Translations under genes and position numbers: made by a program
In this document: positions 8,501 through 17,384 of the stretch, in pieces
How positions within the stretch are numbered: position 1 is the first letter of the stretch
Layout of the letters: every line of letters begins with the position of its first letter
The notes under the pieces: generated by a model
What the model saw: the letters and a program-made list of their open reading frames with translations, nothing else
What the model was told of the DNA's origin: nothing
The model's database searches: none
Assembly: GCA_039815375.1 (NCBI GenBank)
Contig: JBCBZJ010000016.1
Coordinates: 1-64,000, forward strand
Length of the DNA: 64,000 nucleotides
Origin: Verrucomicrobiota bacterium
GTDB lineage: Bacteria > Verrucomicrobiota > Verrucomicrobiia > Opitutales > Coraliomargaritaceae
Direction: 5' to 3'

Positions 8501-9322
8501 GAGCCCGGAATTGACCTCGTCCGAAACCGCCAGATCTGTTTTGACTCTCCACAATTCGATTTCGAGCCACTCCGTTCCATTCGTTTGCCCTGGAGTTTCC
8601 GAAGGCGATTCCACGACGGACTTCCAGACTTTGTTGCTACGCGAAACAAAAGTATTCAAATCATACGACGTGCTTGCGTTCCAAGCCTCCAGCTCACTTG
8701 TCGTTACCTTCGAATAATTGATGACGGTTCCATCCATCTCGGTTGCTGAAATCGTATTAGTTCCATCACCGGAATCCCGATCAGGAAAAACAAGGAATGG
8801 GGTTAGGCTCCGCTTCCAGCCATAACCAAACGCACCCACACCTCCCGTTCGGCTGAAATAATTACGCCGAATCTCCAGCGGGATCGGCCCACGAAGCGCC
8901 AGGTCCACCGTATCGACATAAAAGTCACCCGTTACTGGGTTCACAGGGTCGCCGACCATTGAGGCAATGGTCGCACCCTCACCCGAACCGTGCATTCCAT
9001 AATCATTGAAATCCAGAATACCCAAGGAGGTGTTCCTGTAAACGGCACTATTGTAGGCCTCCAGAGCATCGACATAATCTTCATCAGCCGCGGAAAGCTG
9101 CCACTGCGTCCAGTCGATATCAAGATCGAGACTTACCGACGCCGCGTCCCATTCAACCTCGGAAAACACAATCGAGCTCGTGTCAATCTGTTCATAGCCA
9201 CCGTCACTCGAGGCCGAAGTAGTCCAGTTTGAGAAGGACCCAATCGATTGCCCCGCACCACCCGCATGGCAGGTTGCTGCAGCAGCTAAAAGTAATGAAA
9301 TACTAAGTAATAAAGTCTTCAT
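2579..9322 (-). CDS. RHS repeat polymorphic toxin (2247 aa): signal peptide, DUF6531-like domain, YD repeats, RHS core, C-terminal WHH/HNH-type nuclease
   Basis: GDPVNPVTG...RRNYFS...FGYGW; many YDxxGR repeats; core MGARCYDPVSGRFLSPDPLG...PINFVDPTG; tip WHH..MQL..EH..LH..GG. Confidence 0.93.
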   Translation of the reverse strand: MKTLLLSISLLLAAAATCHAGGAGQSIGSFSNWTTSASSDGGYEQIDTSSIVFSEVEWDAASVSLDLDIDWTQWQLSAADEDYVDALEAYNSAVYRNTSLGILDFNDYGMHGSGEGATIASMVGDPVNPVTGDFYVDTVDLALRGPIPLEIRRNYFSRTGGVGAFGYGWKRSLTPFLVFPDRDSGDGTNTISATEMDGTVINYSKVTTSELEAWNASTSYDLNTFVSRSNKVWKSVVESPSETPGQTNGTEWLEIELWRVKTDLAVSDEVNSGLSNFRPVGVGGLSNLYAQRIEKTNESSINVYRLYGSDGSLRTFEDDGIGYPIGSLDRVRPYLKEWKDNRGNTLSFEFGENEGRWDYGQLIKVQCSNGAFLGFEYNSSGLVTDAYTNDGRRLKYIYDENADLVQVLRPDNSVVKYDYELRTDDGSGEEYSAHLIIRVIKPDGRILENDYDDERRVTEQRATVGQGTQLERIATFVYDHTEEGDSLSGWTRVYDYNDTPTGSTPQDAANDTNCTLYEYTNELITLTRDPLGTQVEQAWYTERYDIQNTSTQKHTDPNDAPDSSGVIADETDFTGFGDNSPGGYPRSLKWRKDKRGLITYFWYDSRGNIIQQKTVGDLDGLNDGIDVSTTLAEYDALNLITYARDESGIETRTFYEDSDYPYLPTRVEVSEGGTLISAARNSYTEVDDSETGFFTRGLLEQTSSGLSSANSGDSHPDAAHQKFTYDHRGYATSQTSYTITSGWDPTPDVALDPVSEFFYNYRNELVETKFQGATGTTTTHRFSYDGRGRRTWSETYDSAGALLSRAEVYYNGNGEVTWENGPKADPEDYVFRDYDGAGRIIAELRWKSQAASDGSGVEVYAGDDILDQPITTYEYDKFGNLRKQTDPRGHYKLFEYDALGQLTKLECFDGDSGELLTTERYEYEAGHQLSKHVNARGGITLYFYNSRGQLTEQQNPDGTILYKTYYLDGRLEKDYLANGNYWLTTYDDANRTMTRTFYNADNSIHIDPASSLTVTEVTVSDRRGNVVSTTDRGGYISTQTYDGLSRPLVATTLNAAEAGFSAEISVTQAYSKDGLLVWTENALGELSLSQTDSLGRIVSERVYDTGLAWAANDLPTTSPVRLTSYKYDPNHHWVESVAGDPGSSDPLVHQKVYSDTWGQPVLSINRGSAGDRFQLTRYDLAGNRVLFQDYMGQRTRYEWDGLNRLHKTTLPDGATTEFVYNDAGEMVSRIMPGGMTEQIRYDLAGRTRESWLENKGQKTRERSFEYYTSNTPYVGLLKTSKDLSRGLRSDYTSFDAFNRVLVETHSGNTDIQGYTTTATYDRRGVRTSVTRDYISAAYEDTSVSWLTDGHGQLYQETIQIAAATHSSYQQKWDAAGRRTELLTGELGDAVQRYVFDHDPDGYVSSNTVHTSGGSEAFSFGRGTSGLLSGMSSSWATSLCEYNETYDAGRLAESRTTLTNGIVGTGDLVALQSWRVDGLRSKTGFYESGRTNGNNTVPESAMGLYTYNARGQLTHETVGDFLASSYFSDDAPSNPFILPDWGPDFPSDAWPPLLDPSLLIKIDYGFDASKLGVLRRKKHLDHTLPPFDVLGPHIPSGTLWSIPATGLDRFARMHREAEGLVNVNTTEDFASGSSSGASNVIVSLTNLSTGVETTIGEVEFNPDAADGAWSAPLDLAPGQYELSATPVDKSGSVIGETKVSRFERSPSGNDQWTNSVYDEQGYTKQRQNQDGVTQTLIWDSNGRLLRLTTLDSSNNGFEFTATYDPLGRRLKVEYKSITSGTTAPSGDLYLSTFDPQILYMEVSVSLNDARTWKIYGPDLNGSYGGLHGIGGLCAAYLESLSTYFPLMLDTLGNVVAHIESGVEDRIVYGSTNTTAYGVASEPPPKEWGETDSTSVTTKLWEASAWRGYRYDPTGYIHMGARCYDPVSGRFLSPDPLGHAESMDLYSFANGDPINFVDPTGRGGELSSYAFSPMGDFGNFDEQPYVRETGWDVFKDGVANAWSTTSGYVSDFSFHRVGNNMKDAAHDTFVGGWEDAKRNAVLRGEKVPMIGAVMDYSSNFPVVGAFGQSYNAAVDLDEGNYGSAALNYASVGLEVGGVGLLDDALRVPARYANDIGASGRALQKFNATNRVDDVVRTNFNQYEAIFEAPISGTTRGAHRTSANNFLADQLGNSPQLRSMFDAELGTDVLQHMNSGAGRNFLNPPGAVWHHPIDNPNVMQLLRTGEHTNPMLQPVLHPGPNGTGGFGTFF

Positions 9323-9330
9323 AAAAAGTG

Positions 9331-12300
9331 TTATTCGGCATCAGGGTCGATTCCGAACTCAAATTCGAGGACTCGGTGTGAAGCATTGCTAGAAATCTCA
9401 GTGCTTCCAACAAAACGAAATCCAGGATTAGGGATTCCAGTAAAACCCGTAATTTCCCCCATATATTGATTCTCCCAGGTCGCAAAAGTCGATTGACCTA
9501 ACGAAGTCAGACAGAGTGTAGTTGACGCCCAACTTGCACTCCTTGTACCAAAATATATCCATTCACTCGGTAACCACCCACTTTTCGTTCGTCTGATAAC
9601 CATATCGGAACCCCTTGAAATATTCGGATCCCCTGTCGTTGCGACGACTCCAGAGTGAGGAATTATAGCACTGCCACTACTAGTTCCTAGATATATTACT
9701 GAACTGGAAATTCCACTAGAATCTACACTTGCTCGCTCGACGCGAAAGTTAGTTACCCCATCACCTGGACTGAAGGCACTTACTCTTGTAGGAAATATTA
9801 TCCTCGGAGGAGGAAAGCACCGAGAAAGGTCCCCATTACCTTCAGTTGCACTAGTCGGACGCTCCATCTGTTTCAGGAAGTTCGCTGTCAAGTCAGGAAC
9901 TGGACCATTTCTAACTTCAATCGAACGGTAGTTCCCTGATCCTTCGTAACCGCTTCCATCACTCCAGTTCTCAAGCCCATACCCCGGCTTAGGAATTGCC
10001 CAGACGCGGATTTTTGTCTGATACGGCACAGACTGGTAGTTGCTAGGGGAAACTTCCACACGTCCTTGGCTCTCATCCGCAGGATTAGGTGCAATATTTC
10101 CAACAACGTACTCCCGTATCCTACCATCCTGATAGATTGTTCCTCCCATCGTCCCTCGATAAGGCACAGGAGCCACGCCGGCACACTCCCTTCGGAAAGT
10201 GGGGCCAGTGTAATATTCATAATACTTGGGCGCGAGAAAGATGAGGCTTCCGAGTAGATTTGCCTCGTCGGTCTGTCCCGAGTTGAAACGCTCCTCGCGG
10301 ACCTCAAAGAACGACTGAATCTCGGGGAATAGGCTACTTTCTATGAGAGGCTCTGGATCGTCACCTTTTTCATGCTCAATCGTGATGCTATCGATCAGGT
10401 TACCTGAAATACCGTTTTCATAGTCCAGCCAATCCTGATAGGTGATCATGTAAACAGTATCACCGCGGTTCTTAGCCAAATGAAAAACTCGCATTGTCGA
10501 GACAGCTCCAAGCTGACCAAAATACTTGTTGATCGCCCCGTGCTCATAGGCTGACCCCTGACAACCTACTAAATGGTAAAAGTCGCGAGTTACATCGACA
10601 TCAGGTAGATTTCGCGCCAGATCGAAGGTCCCGTTTAAAAGGTAGCCAAATCGGGTAGGCTGGAATATATCGACTTTTGGAAACACTGGATTGTTTGCTT
10701 CATCCACATCAAGCCCGGCGAGCATCATACCGCTATCGTTGATATAGCGGACCTTGAGTAGACGAGCCATCTCCTGCTTAAAACGCGACGTATACTCCCA
10801 ATACTGCATCCCCATAAGATAGATACGGGTATCCAGTTCGATATCTGTGTCAGACTCAACGGATACATCCGAGCGCTCATACTCTGTCAATTCCTGACCA
10901 TGCAAAGCGAGCATCTCACGAGAGACGCTACCGAAGTGATTACAGACCGCATAGACGCCCTCATCCAAATACCAGACAAACTCATAGTCCAACTTCTGAC
11001 GCGCACCATCAAATGTGTCCTCTCTAAATCTTGTATCATCAAAGCCTGACCAAATGGAATCCCCTGTATCGGCCAGTCCGTCTAAAATGCCACTGAGATC
11101 TACATACGGACGATTTTTTCGACGCCTGATGTGCAGGACAGTATCCTCAAGACTATGACTTTGTGTGCCGGAATCTACCTTCTGAGCCGTAGTCTGAAAC
11201 GAATCTGATCCCTCAGAGCTGCTCAAAAGCGGCCAAGACTCTAGTTGACCTGAGCGATTACTTGTATCGTAGGCGCCCATACGCAAAGCGATCTCCTTGG
11301 TCGAAGATCCAGCCGATTGTGGTAAATTTTGCACGATAAGTTTCCGATTGTGCAGATCGCACACATTGATGGCCCCAGTTTCGATCAGGGCACCAGTGCT
11401 AGTTTCGTTGCCATCATCGTCGAATGTTACTCCGTAAAGCCGGTATTCGAGGGTATCGAAAATATCTGGTATCTCATCGAGACCGGCAAGAACGTCGACA
11501 TCTCCATCAAAATATGACGGTTCAGGGAAGTCCTGCCAGCGGGAGTAATAATTATTGCGGTATCGGTATTGCATACCGATATCCTCATCCAAGTTCACTT
11601 CCAGACCTTGCTCCCGCAGCTTCCACTCGACAAAGCGTGGGAAAAGGGCGAAAGGCTGATCATAGTCCGAAGCATAGCGCAAAGCGCGGTATTCACTTGG
11701 CAAATCCTCAGGAAGCGAGCCCAATACCTGAAGCACCTCTCCTTTGTCGGGCTCCGACTCGCCATTGTGCTGGAATGGAAGGATCTCTTCATTTGCGTTG
11801 AAATAGCCGATGACCCATTCCCAAGCGGTGTTGTAGTTATCCGGCATTAAGCTGAAGAGATCGAAACCTTCTTCAACTTCGATATCTTTAAGCCAAGGGA
11901 ATAGATGGACCCACTCGCCATTCGCACCACCGCCGCTGGAATCAATAAGTGCGACAACCCAAGGATAGTTGACCGGCACCTGAGCCGGTACATCACGATA
12001 TTGCCGAAGGTTGATACGCAGGATCGAACTGAGTAAATCTGTATCTAGTATCAGTTGATTGCGTTCTCCAGAAGCGTAACCGGCAGGAATCCCACATCTA
12101 CGCAGGAAATAGACCAGCAATGCGCATTGCTCGGTCGGAGAGCCTTTTTTTTCGAGGAATACTCCAAGTGCACTGCGCTGGACACCTCCAGGGTCCAAGG
12201 AGATCTCAGGCTCTGGAGATTGATTATAACTCAATTCGTCGATCAGTTCGATCTCGTTGAACACGTAGTTCGTCAGAGCGATAGGATCGAAATTGTGCTT

Positions 12301-15243
12301 GGCCACAAACTCATCTAAGACGCTATGGTGGCGTAGTTCCGGCGTAAGAGAGTCGGTGGTCGCGGGAGTTCTGTAGACTCTGATGTTATCGAAATAATAG
12401 AATTCATTGCTGCTGCTGGCGGCTGCGACGACTTTCAACTCTAAATCTGTTCCCGAGAGTCCCTCGATCTGAACAGACTGAACTTCGTTACCGTTGAAGT
12501 TGTCATTCTCGTAAAAAAACCGCTCCCATGGCCCTGAATCGACCCGAAAATATCCTGCGATGAAATCCGGCCCGTCTAACGACCCAGAGCTTTGGATATC
12601 TAAGCTAATTGCAACTGATGGATGAACCGCAATGTTGATTGTTTCCGAAACCCATTCTGGAGAGCTGCCGTTTCCGGTATTGGAGACCAAGAAGCGACCG
12701 TCCAAAACCTCGAACGTCCCACCTCCTGAAGTCACGCCCCAGATACTGTCGCCAGATCCTACAGTCGATCCATTTGGCAGATCGTTGAAATCTTCGAACC
12801 AGGACAGATTTTGAGCATATGAACCATTTGCATCATAGATGCGTGCCAATAGGTCAACCGCCTTATCCTGCTCGGGATTTTCCATCCGCAAATCCGCTGA
12901 TAGTGCTTGTTGCCCCTCAACTACAATATCGTCGAAGTAGTAATGCTCACTGCTTGAGTTGAGATTTCCTCGAATAACAAATCTCACCTGAGCACCTGCT
13001 AAGGAGTCGACATCAAACGCTAGTGTATCCGGAATGTTCTGATTAAAGTTCCCAAGAATCGCATCGCCCAAAGAAATCTCTGGATCGACAGTACTCGAAT
13101 CCCCATCATCGAGGACGTAGTAGAACTTGAGATAATCTGACCCGTCTTCCTCGAGGCTACCTGAACTTTGAACCGTTAGCATTATTCGCATGGAATCATA
13201 ATCACTAACGCTGAATAGAGCTGAGCTCCATGAGACTTCTCCTCTGGTATTTGAAAGCTGGAACCGTTCCCCCTGAACTGAAAATATTCCGAGATTTTGA
13301 ACCGTATCCCAGCTGGTAAAACCACTATCAGACATGGTCCCATTTGTGGTGCCAGTGAAATTCTCATACCAAATTACTTCACGTGGTGTTGACGAAAGTG
13401 CCAGCCCAGTGTCAGAGAGATTCTGTTGAGTGGCCGTCGCCGCTCCACTCTCTCCCTTGCCAGAGAGGTAGAATGGGAGCAGTGAGCTGCCAAAAGCAGT
13501 ATTCTTCTGCACTTCGACAGAATCACCAGCCCGAGATGCCTCACTGAAAGAAAGCGTATAGACTGGAGTGAACTGATCAGCTCCTAAAGACAAAGACGTC
13601 CCATCAAAACTAAGTGTCTTTGTCGCGCTCGCCGAAAGGGTATGATCAACGGACGAGTTTGTCTCGACGACATAAATATAGTCCGCGCGATCGGCGCGGT
13701 GCCAGACCATGAACTCGGGGGCATCATCGCCGAACTGGCGACTTAAGCCTAAGGTGGTATGAAGACCATAATCCTCGACCTCAACAGTCGAGCCTGCCAA
13801 AATAGCGTTACGCTCGTTTTCGCTAAGACTACCCGACTCGATCATTAAGTCATCTAAATCGATCTCAATCGTTCCCTCGTGCGAGTAATCGGCCTTGGAG
13901 TAGACCTGAATACGCATTTCCGAATCGGTGCTACTGATAGCACCGAGTGTGCCGGGATTAACAAAGAAAGCGTAGGGCACATGCTGAAGGAGAGATGAGC
14001 CACCAAACTGCTCGCCAAAATAAGCAAAACTGCCTGTAACGGATCGCGTCCAATAACTGGCTGAGAGCGACAGGTCAGAGGCCGAGTCTGTTAGATCGCC
14101 AAGTGCATAATAGGACACGCTTGAGAACGGGCGCCCTGCGTTAAAGACCTTGATTTCGGAAATCCAGGGATCACGCAAAACATCAAGGTAGTCGATATAC
14201 TCACCTATCGTTCCACTAAGCGATCTTACCGGCTTGCTGACACCCCGCTGGGTTCCCAGAGCGGAGACCCAGATCGAATCGAACGTAATGCTGTTGTAGC
14301 CGTAGCTAAATGTGCTCAGGAACTTGAGGTTATTTTCGTCTGGCGCAAAGACTTGCCGAATAGACAGGCGATTTAGCTTCGCTGGAAGCACACTGCCTGA
14401 ATCGCTCAAGGTGAGTTTGCCGTCTTCGACCTGCACCACTTTTGTCACCTGAGCGTGCCAGCCCGCGTAGCCCGTTTCAGTTTTCGTTTTGAAGGTTCCG
14501 GTCGACGCTCTTTCAATCAGCAGCTCATATTCTTCGGCTCCGTAACTGCTATCACCCAACCATAAGTCGACGAGGTAAACTCCGTCTGGAACCTGCAACT
14601 CCCAGTCAGCCTCATACCCATCTGACGATCGAAAGCGTCGATAGCTATCCCAAGCGACATCTAAAGATGCCGGCAAGCCTGAGTATGAACCAGCGACATC
14701 CGAGTAACCGTTCAACGATTGAGTCCATCCGTAAAAGAAATCACCTGCGACAGGCGATGTGACACTGCGATTGCCTAGAACGAGCCCCGTATCCAAAGCA
14801 ACTCCTGTGCCGGGGGCATATCCTTCGGACCCAAAATCTATGGTCAAATCCAAAGGGAGTACATTGACCCGCAAAGAATCATCAAAACTACTGCTATCCC
14901 TAGTAGTTTGTTCTCCCTCAGAATCAACCACCAGCACTGAAAAATCATGCTGGCCGGCATTGATGTTCGGCACGGGAGCTTTCCATATACCATTGTCATA
15001 CTCCATTTCGACAAGAAGCACGCTATTGTCGAAGAGTGAAACTGACTCGATCGTCACTCCTGCAGCGACCGCACCTGTGGGCAAAGTTACAGTCACCTGA
15101 GCCTCGTAGTCCATGCCAGCCATCAGATTGATGGGTCCAGCCCCCACAAAGGCGATCTCCTCATCAGCTGCCTGAAGCGAAGCACCACCGGATACAATAA
15201 GAGTAAAATACGAAATTACTTTTCGGAACTTCATTAGGATCAA
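9331..15243 (-). CDS. Large secreted multidomain protein (1970 aa): Ig-like, carbohydrate-binding-like beta-sandwiches, degenerate transglutaminase-like domain, InlB/Flg_new-like repeat
   Basis: Signal peptide; GSPTEQCALLVYFLRRCGIPAGYASG; two internal ~150-aa repeats; GRVEVSP...AIPKPGYGLENWS...LTANF. Confidence 0.85.
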   Translation of the reverse strand: MILMKFRKVISYFTLIVSGGASLQAADEEIAFVGAGPINLMAGMDYEAQVTVTLPTGAVAAGVTIESVSLFDNSVLLVEMEYDNGIWKAPVPNINAGQHDFSVLVVDSEGEQTTRDSSSFDDSLRVNVLPLDLTIDFGSEGYAPGTGVALDTGLVLGNRSVTSPVAGDFFYGWTQSLNGYSDVAGSYSGLPASLDVAWDSYRRFRSSDGYEADWELQVPDGVYLVDLWLGDSSYGAEEYELLIERASTGTFKTKTETGYAGWHAQVTKVVQVEDGKLTLSDSGSVLPAKLNRLSIRQVFAPDENNLKFLSTFSYGYNSITFDSIWVSALGTQRGVSKPVRSLSGTIGEYIDYLDVLRDPWISEIKVFNAGRPFSSVSYYALGDLTDSASDLSLSASYWTRSVTGSFAYFGEQFGGSSLLQHVPYAFFVNPGTLGAISSTDSEMRIQVYSKADYSHEGTIEIDLDDLMIESGSLSENERNAILAGSTVEVEDYGLHTTLGLSRQFGDDAPEFMVWHRADRADYIYVVETNSSVDHTLSASATKTLSFDGTSLSLGADQFTPVYTLSFSEASRAGDSVEVQKNTAFGSSLLPFYLSGKGESGAATATQQNLSDTGLALSSTPREVIWYENFTGTTNGTMSDSGFTSWDTVQNLGIFSVQGERFQLSNTRGEVSWSSALFSVSDYDSMRIMLTVQSSGSLEEDGSDYLKFYYVLDDGDSSTVDPEISLGDAILGNFNQNIPDTLAFDVDSLAGAQVRFVIRGNLNSSSEHYYFDDIVVEGQQALSADLRMENPEQDKAVDLLARIYDANGSYAQNLSWFEDFNDLPNGSTVGSGDSIWGVTSGGGTFEVLDGRFLVSNTGNGSSPEWVSETINIAVHPSVAISLDIQSSGSLDGPDFIAGYFRVDSGPWERFFYENDNFNGNEVQSVQIEGLSGTDLELKVVAAASSSNEFYYFDNIRVYRTPATTDSLTPELRHHSVLDEFVAKHNFDPIALTNYVFNEIELIDELSYNQSPEPEISLDPGGVQRSALGVFLEKKGSPTEQCALLVYFLRRCGIPAGYASGERNQLILDTDLLSSILRINLRQYRDVPAQVPVNYPWVVALIDSSGGGANGEWVHLFPWLKDIEVEEGFDLFSLMPDNYNTAWEWVIGYFNANEEILPFQHNGESEPDKGEVLQVLGSLPEDLPSEYRALRYASDYDQPFALFPRFVEWKLREQGLEVNLDEDIGMQYRYRNNYYSRWQDFPEPSYFDGDVDVLAGLDEIPDIFDTLEYRLYGVTFDDDGNETSTGALIETGAINVCDLHNRKLIVQNLPQSAGSSTKEIALRMGAYDTSNRSGQLESWPLLSSSEGSDSFQTTAQKVDSGTQSHSLEDTVLHIRRRKNRPYVDLSGILDGLADTGDSIWSGFDDTRFREDTFDGARQKLDYEFVWYLDEGVYAVCNHFGSVSREMLALHGQELTEYERSDVSVESDTDIELDTRIYLMGMQYWEYTSRFKQEMARLLKVRYINDSGMMLAGLDVDEANNPVFPKVDIFQPTRFGYLLNGTFDLARNLPDVDVTRDFYHLVGCQGSAYEHGAINKYFGQLGAVSTMRVFHLAKNRGDTVYMITYQDWLDYENGISGNLIDSITIEHEKGDDPEPLIESSLFPEIQSFFEVREERFNSGQTDEANLLGSLIFLAPKYYEYYTGPTFRRECAGVAPVPYRGTMGGTIYQDGRIREYVVGNIAPNPADESQGRVEVSPSNYQSVPYQTKIRVWAIPKPGYGLENWSDGSGYEGSGNYRSIEVRNGPVPDLTANFLKQMERPTSATEGNGDLSRCFPPPRIIFPTRVSAFSPGDGVTNFRVERASVDSSGISSSVIYLGTSSGSAIIPHSGVVATTGDPNISRGSDMVIRRTKSGWLPSEWIYFGTRSASWASTTLCLTSLGQSTFATWENQYMGEITGFTGIPNPGFRFVGSTEISSNASHRVLEFEFGIDPDAE

Positions 15244-15258
15244 AAATAATGAAAAGGA

Positions 15259-16746
15259 TTACAAACTTGGGTTGTGCGCCGGCACCTGAATCGTAACGGT
15301 CGGTAAGCTCACTGGTTGGTAACCGGCGTCCCGCGTTGCTAAATTAGAGTTGGGTTGCTCCAACTCCCATTTATCCAGTAGACCGTCCAAATCAGAATCC
15401 TCTGACATCCGAGTCTTGGAAGCCAAATACTCCCGCACAGTCTCCAACTGCGAATCGGTTAAGGCAAAATCAAAGACGAGACACTCGGCAATCTGCCCCG
15501 CAACTGTCCCACCCTGTCCAAGGTCCAAGCTATCCCAGCTCGACAACTGAGACATTCCGGTCTGCTCGGTTACGAAACCATTTACCGAAAGACGCCCCAC
15601 ACCACTGTTATAGACAAAACTGATAAGATGCCAGTGGTTCGCCTTGACTGTATCCGCCACCGAAACGAGTTGAGAAGCAGTATCCGTTTTCACAGTAACA
15701 GAACCGTCCACCGCAATACTCAATAGAAAGGCATCATTACCACTGCGGTCTCCCAGAGCCCAGCTATGTGACGCCAAGTCATCGACCCTTACGAACAGAT
15801 AAACTGTATAATCTGTCAACGAACCAGACAGCAAAGAAACCTCCAGTGTATCATCCACACCATCAAAATTGACTGCCGGATGATCAAAATACCCCTGCTC
15901 AACATATTGAGGCTGATGAGCGACAACTTGCTGAATCGCATGATTGTCCAACCCGGAATAATCCTCCCACTGGGCCACAGTACTTCCGTTCGCGTATTGA
16001 TCGGCACGCAGCCAAAGCACTGGAGCAAGGGATTGTGCTTCGGATGGATTCTCGTATTCTGCCAATTCTTCTGCATTATCCTGACCGTCGCCGTCAGCGT
16101 CATCCGAAGCCGTTTGGGTTAAACTCTGAAACCAATACCACTCCCAGTAATCAGGCAATGAATCTGAGTCACTATCAGTTCCAACATATGCGGAAATATC
16201 CCATGCAAATAGATTTTTTGCCTGCCCGATAAGTGCAATGCTTAGATTTTCAGGTGTTTGGTCGTCTCTCCACGGATACAAAGGTGAATTGTCCCCCTCC
16301 CCCTCATCCAATTGCAGGTGAGCCGGCTGGTAGCCAATTTCCGCAAACCTGTCATAGAATTTACTCGCGACGAACTTCAACTGACCAATCGCGGCGGGTG
16401 AAGAATAAGATGAATCCCGGTTCGGATCTTTAAATTCATTGATCGTGAAACCTGCACCTCCAATCGGCCCGAGCTGTTCGTCGAGCTCCTGAATGCCGAT
16501 ATCCGCCATGTGCAGCAGCTGTCCCTGCAGAATGGGCGACCAATTTCCGGAATCACCCAGTCTGGAAACATCAATCATGCTCTTGGCCGGGTCTGCATCA
16601 TACCACCATTCGGGATAACCGGCAGGCCAATTAATCTCGGGAGGGACTTGCCCCATCACGGATGCTGTTGATGCGAGAAGGCCTGCCAAAGCAGCTGGAA
16701 TTAAAGCTTTCTGATGAAATGACATCTTCTTGTGATTCAAATTCAT
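15259..16746 (-). CDS. Secreted LamG/concanavalin-like protein with DxDxDG calcium-binding repeats
   Basis: Signal peptide; DSDSDSLPDYWE, DADGDG, DSDLDGLLDKWE; LWLRAD...WEDYSG...NFDGVDD...WHLISFVY...GQIAE. Confidence 0.85.
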   Translation of the reverse strand: MNLNHKKMSFHQKALIPAALAGLLASTASVMGQVPPEINWPAGYPEWWYDADPAKSMIDVSRLGDSGNWSPILQGQLLHMADIGIQELDEQLGPIGGAGFTINEFKDPNRDSSYSSPAAIGQLKFVASKFYDRFAEIGYQPAHLQLDEGEGDNSPLYPWRDDQTPENLSIALIGQAKNLFAWDISAYVGTDSDSDSLPDYWEWYWFQSLTQTASDDADGDGQDNAEELAEYENPSEAQSLAPVLWLRADQYANGSTVAQWEDYSGLDNHAIQQVVAHQPQYVEQGYFDHPAVNFDGVDDTLEVSLLSGSLTDYTVYLFVRVDDLASHSWALGDRSGNDAFLLSIAVDGSVTVKTDTASQLVSVADTVKANHWHLISFVYNSGVGRLSVNGFVTEQTGMSQLSSWDSLDLGQGGTVAGQIAECLVFDFALTDSQLETVREYLASKTRMSEDSDLDGLLDKWELEQPNSNLATRDAGYQPVSLPTVTIQVPAHNPSL

Positions 16747-17261
16747 TACATGGAGTAAATATTACCAGTGAGCTGCGGTAGCGTTTGATCAGTTTGATGC
16801 ACGTCGGATTCCGGCAAATCGGATTTGTCCGAAGGAACTGCGGGGGCATCGAATGAAGCAATGTGAGGAATGTCAGCGTAAAACTGCGTGACAGAAGAAA
16901 GACGCTCTTCCCAAACGAGCGAAGTCTCCGGACCTTGTTCGACAAGATGAGCCGGAGTGCGTGAAATCTGGAGGCTGGAAGGCTGTTGTTCTGGCTGGGA
17001 GACAAACTTAAGACCGAAAAACATGGCAAATGCAGCTGCGAGTCCAGCAGCCATCCGAATAGGGAATCGGGCCATTCGTTGAACCGGAGCTACATCTGAC
17101 TGACTTAGCCGCTGTTTTGCTTCACTCAGAATAAAAGTATCCGTCGTCTCCGAAACTTTGATTTCCGGGCCGTTCGCATACTCTCTGAGTGAACGCAAAA
17201 AGGTATCCGGAAGTTGGGCTTCCGGGTGGTCCGAGTTAGAACTGTCTTCTGATTTTTGCAT
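16746..17261 (-). CDS. Putative anti-sigma factor (single transmembrane helix)
   Basis: Directly downstream of the ECF sigma gene; central AAGLAAAFAMFFGL helix; stop overlaps the next start (TAATG). Confidence 0.65.
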   Translation of the reverse strand: MQKSEDSSNSDHPEAQLPDTFLRSLREYANGPEIKVSETTDTFILSEAKQRLSQSDVAPVQRMARFPIRMAAGLAAAFAMFFGLKFVSQPEQQPSSLQISRTPAHLVEQGPETSLVWEERLSSVTQFYADIPHIASFDAPAVPSDKSDLPESDVHQTDQTLPQLTGNIYSM

Positions 17262-17384
17262 AACCTTCTATATACTTAAGCAATTTAAGCCCCCAAAAGG
17301 TTCATTTTATTTTCAGAAAAATGTATATTTTTCTAATAAAAATCTTAAGTGACTGAAAAGCAGAACCTTGCGAAAAAAGATGGC

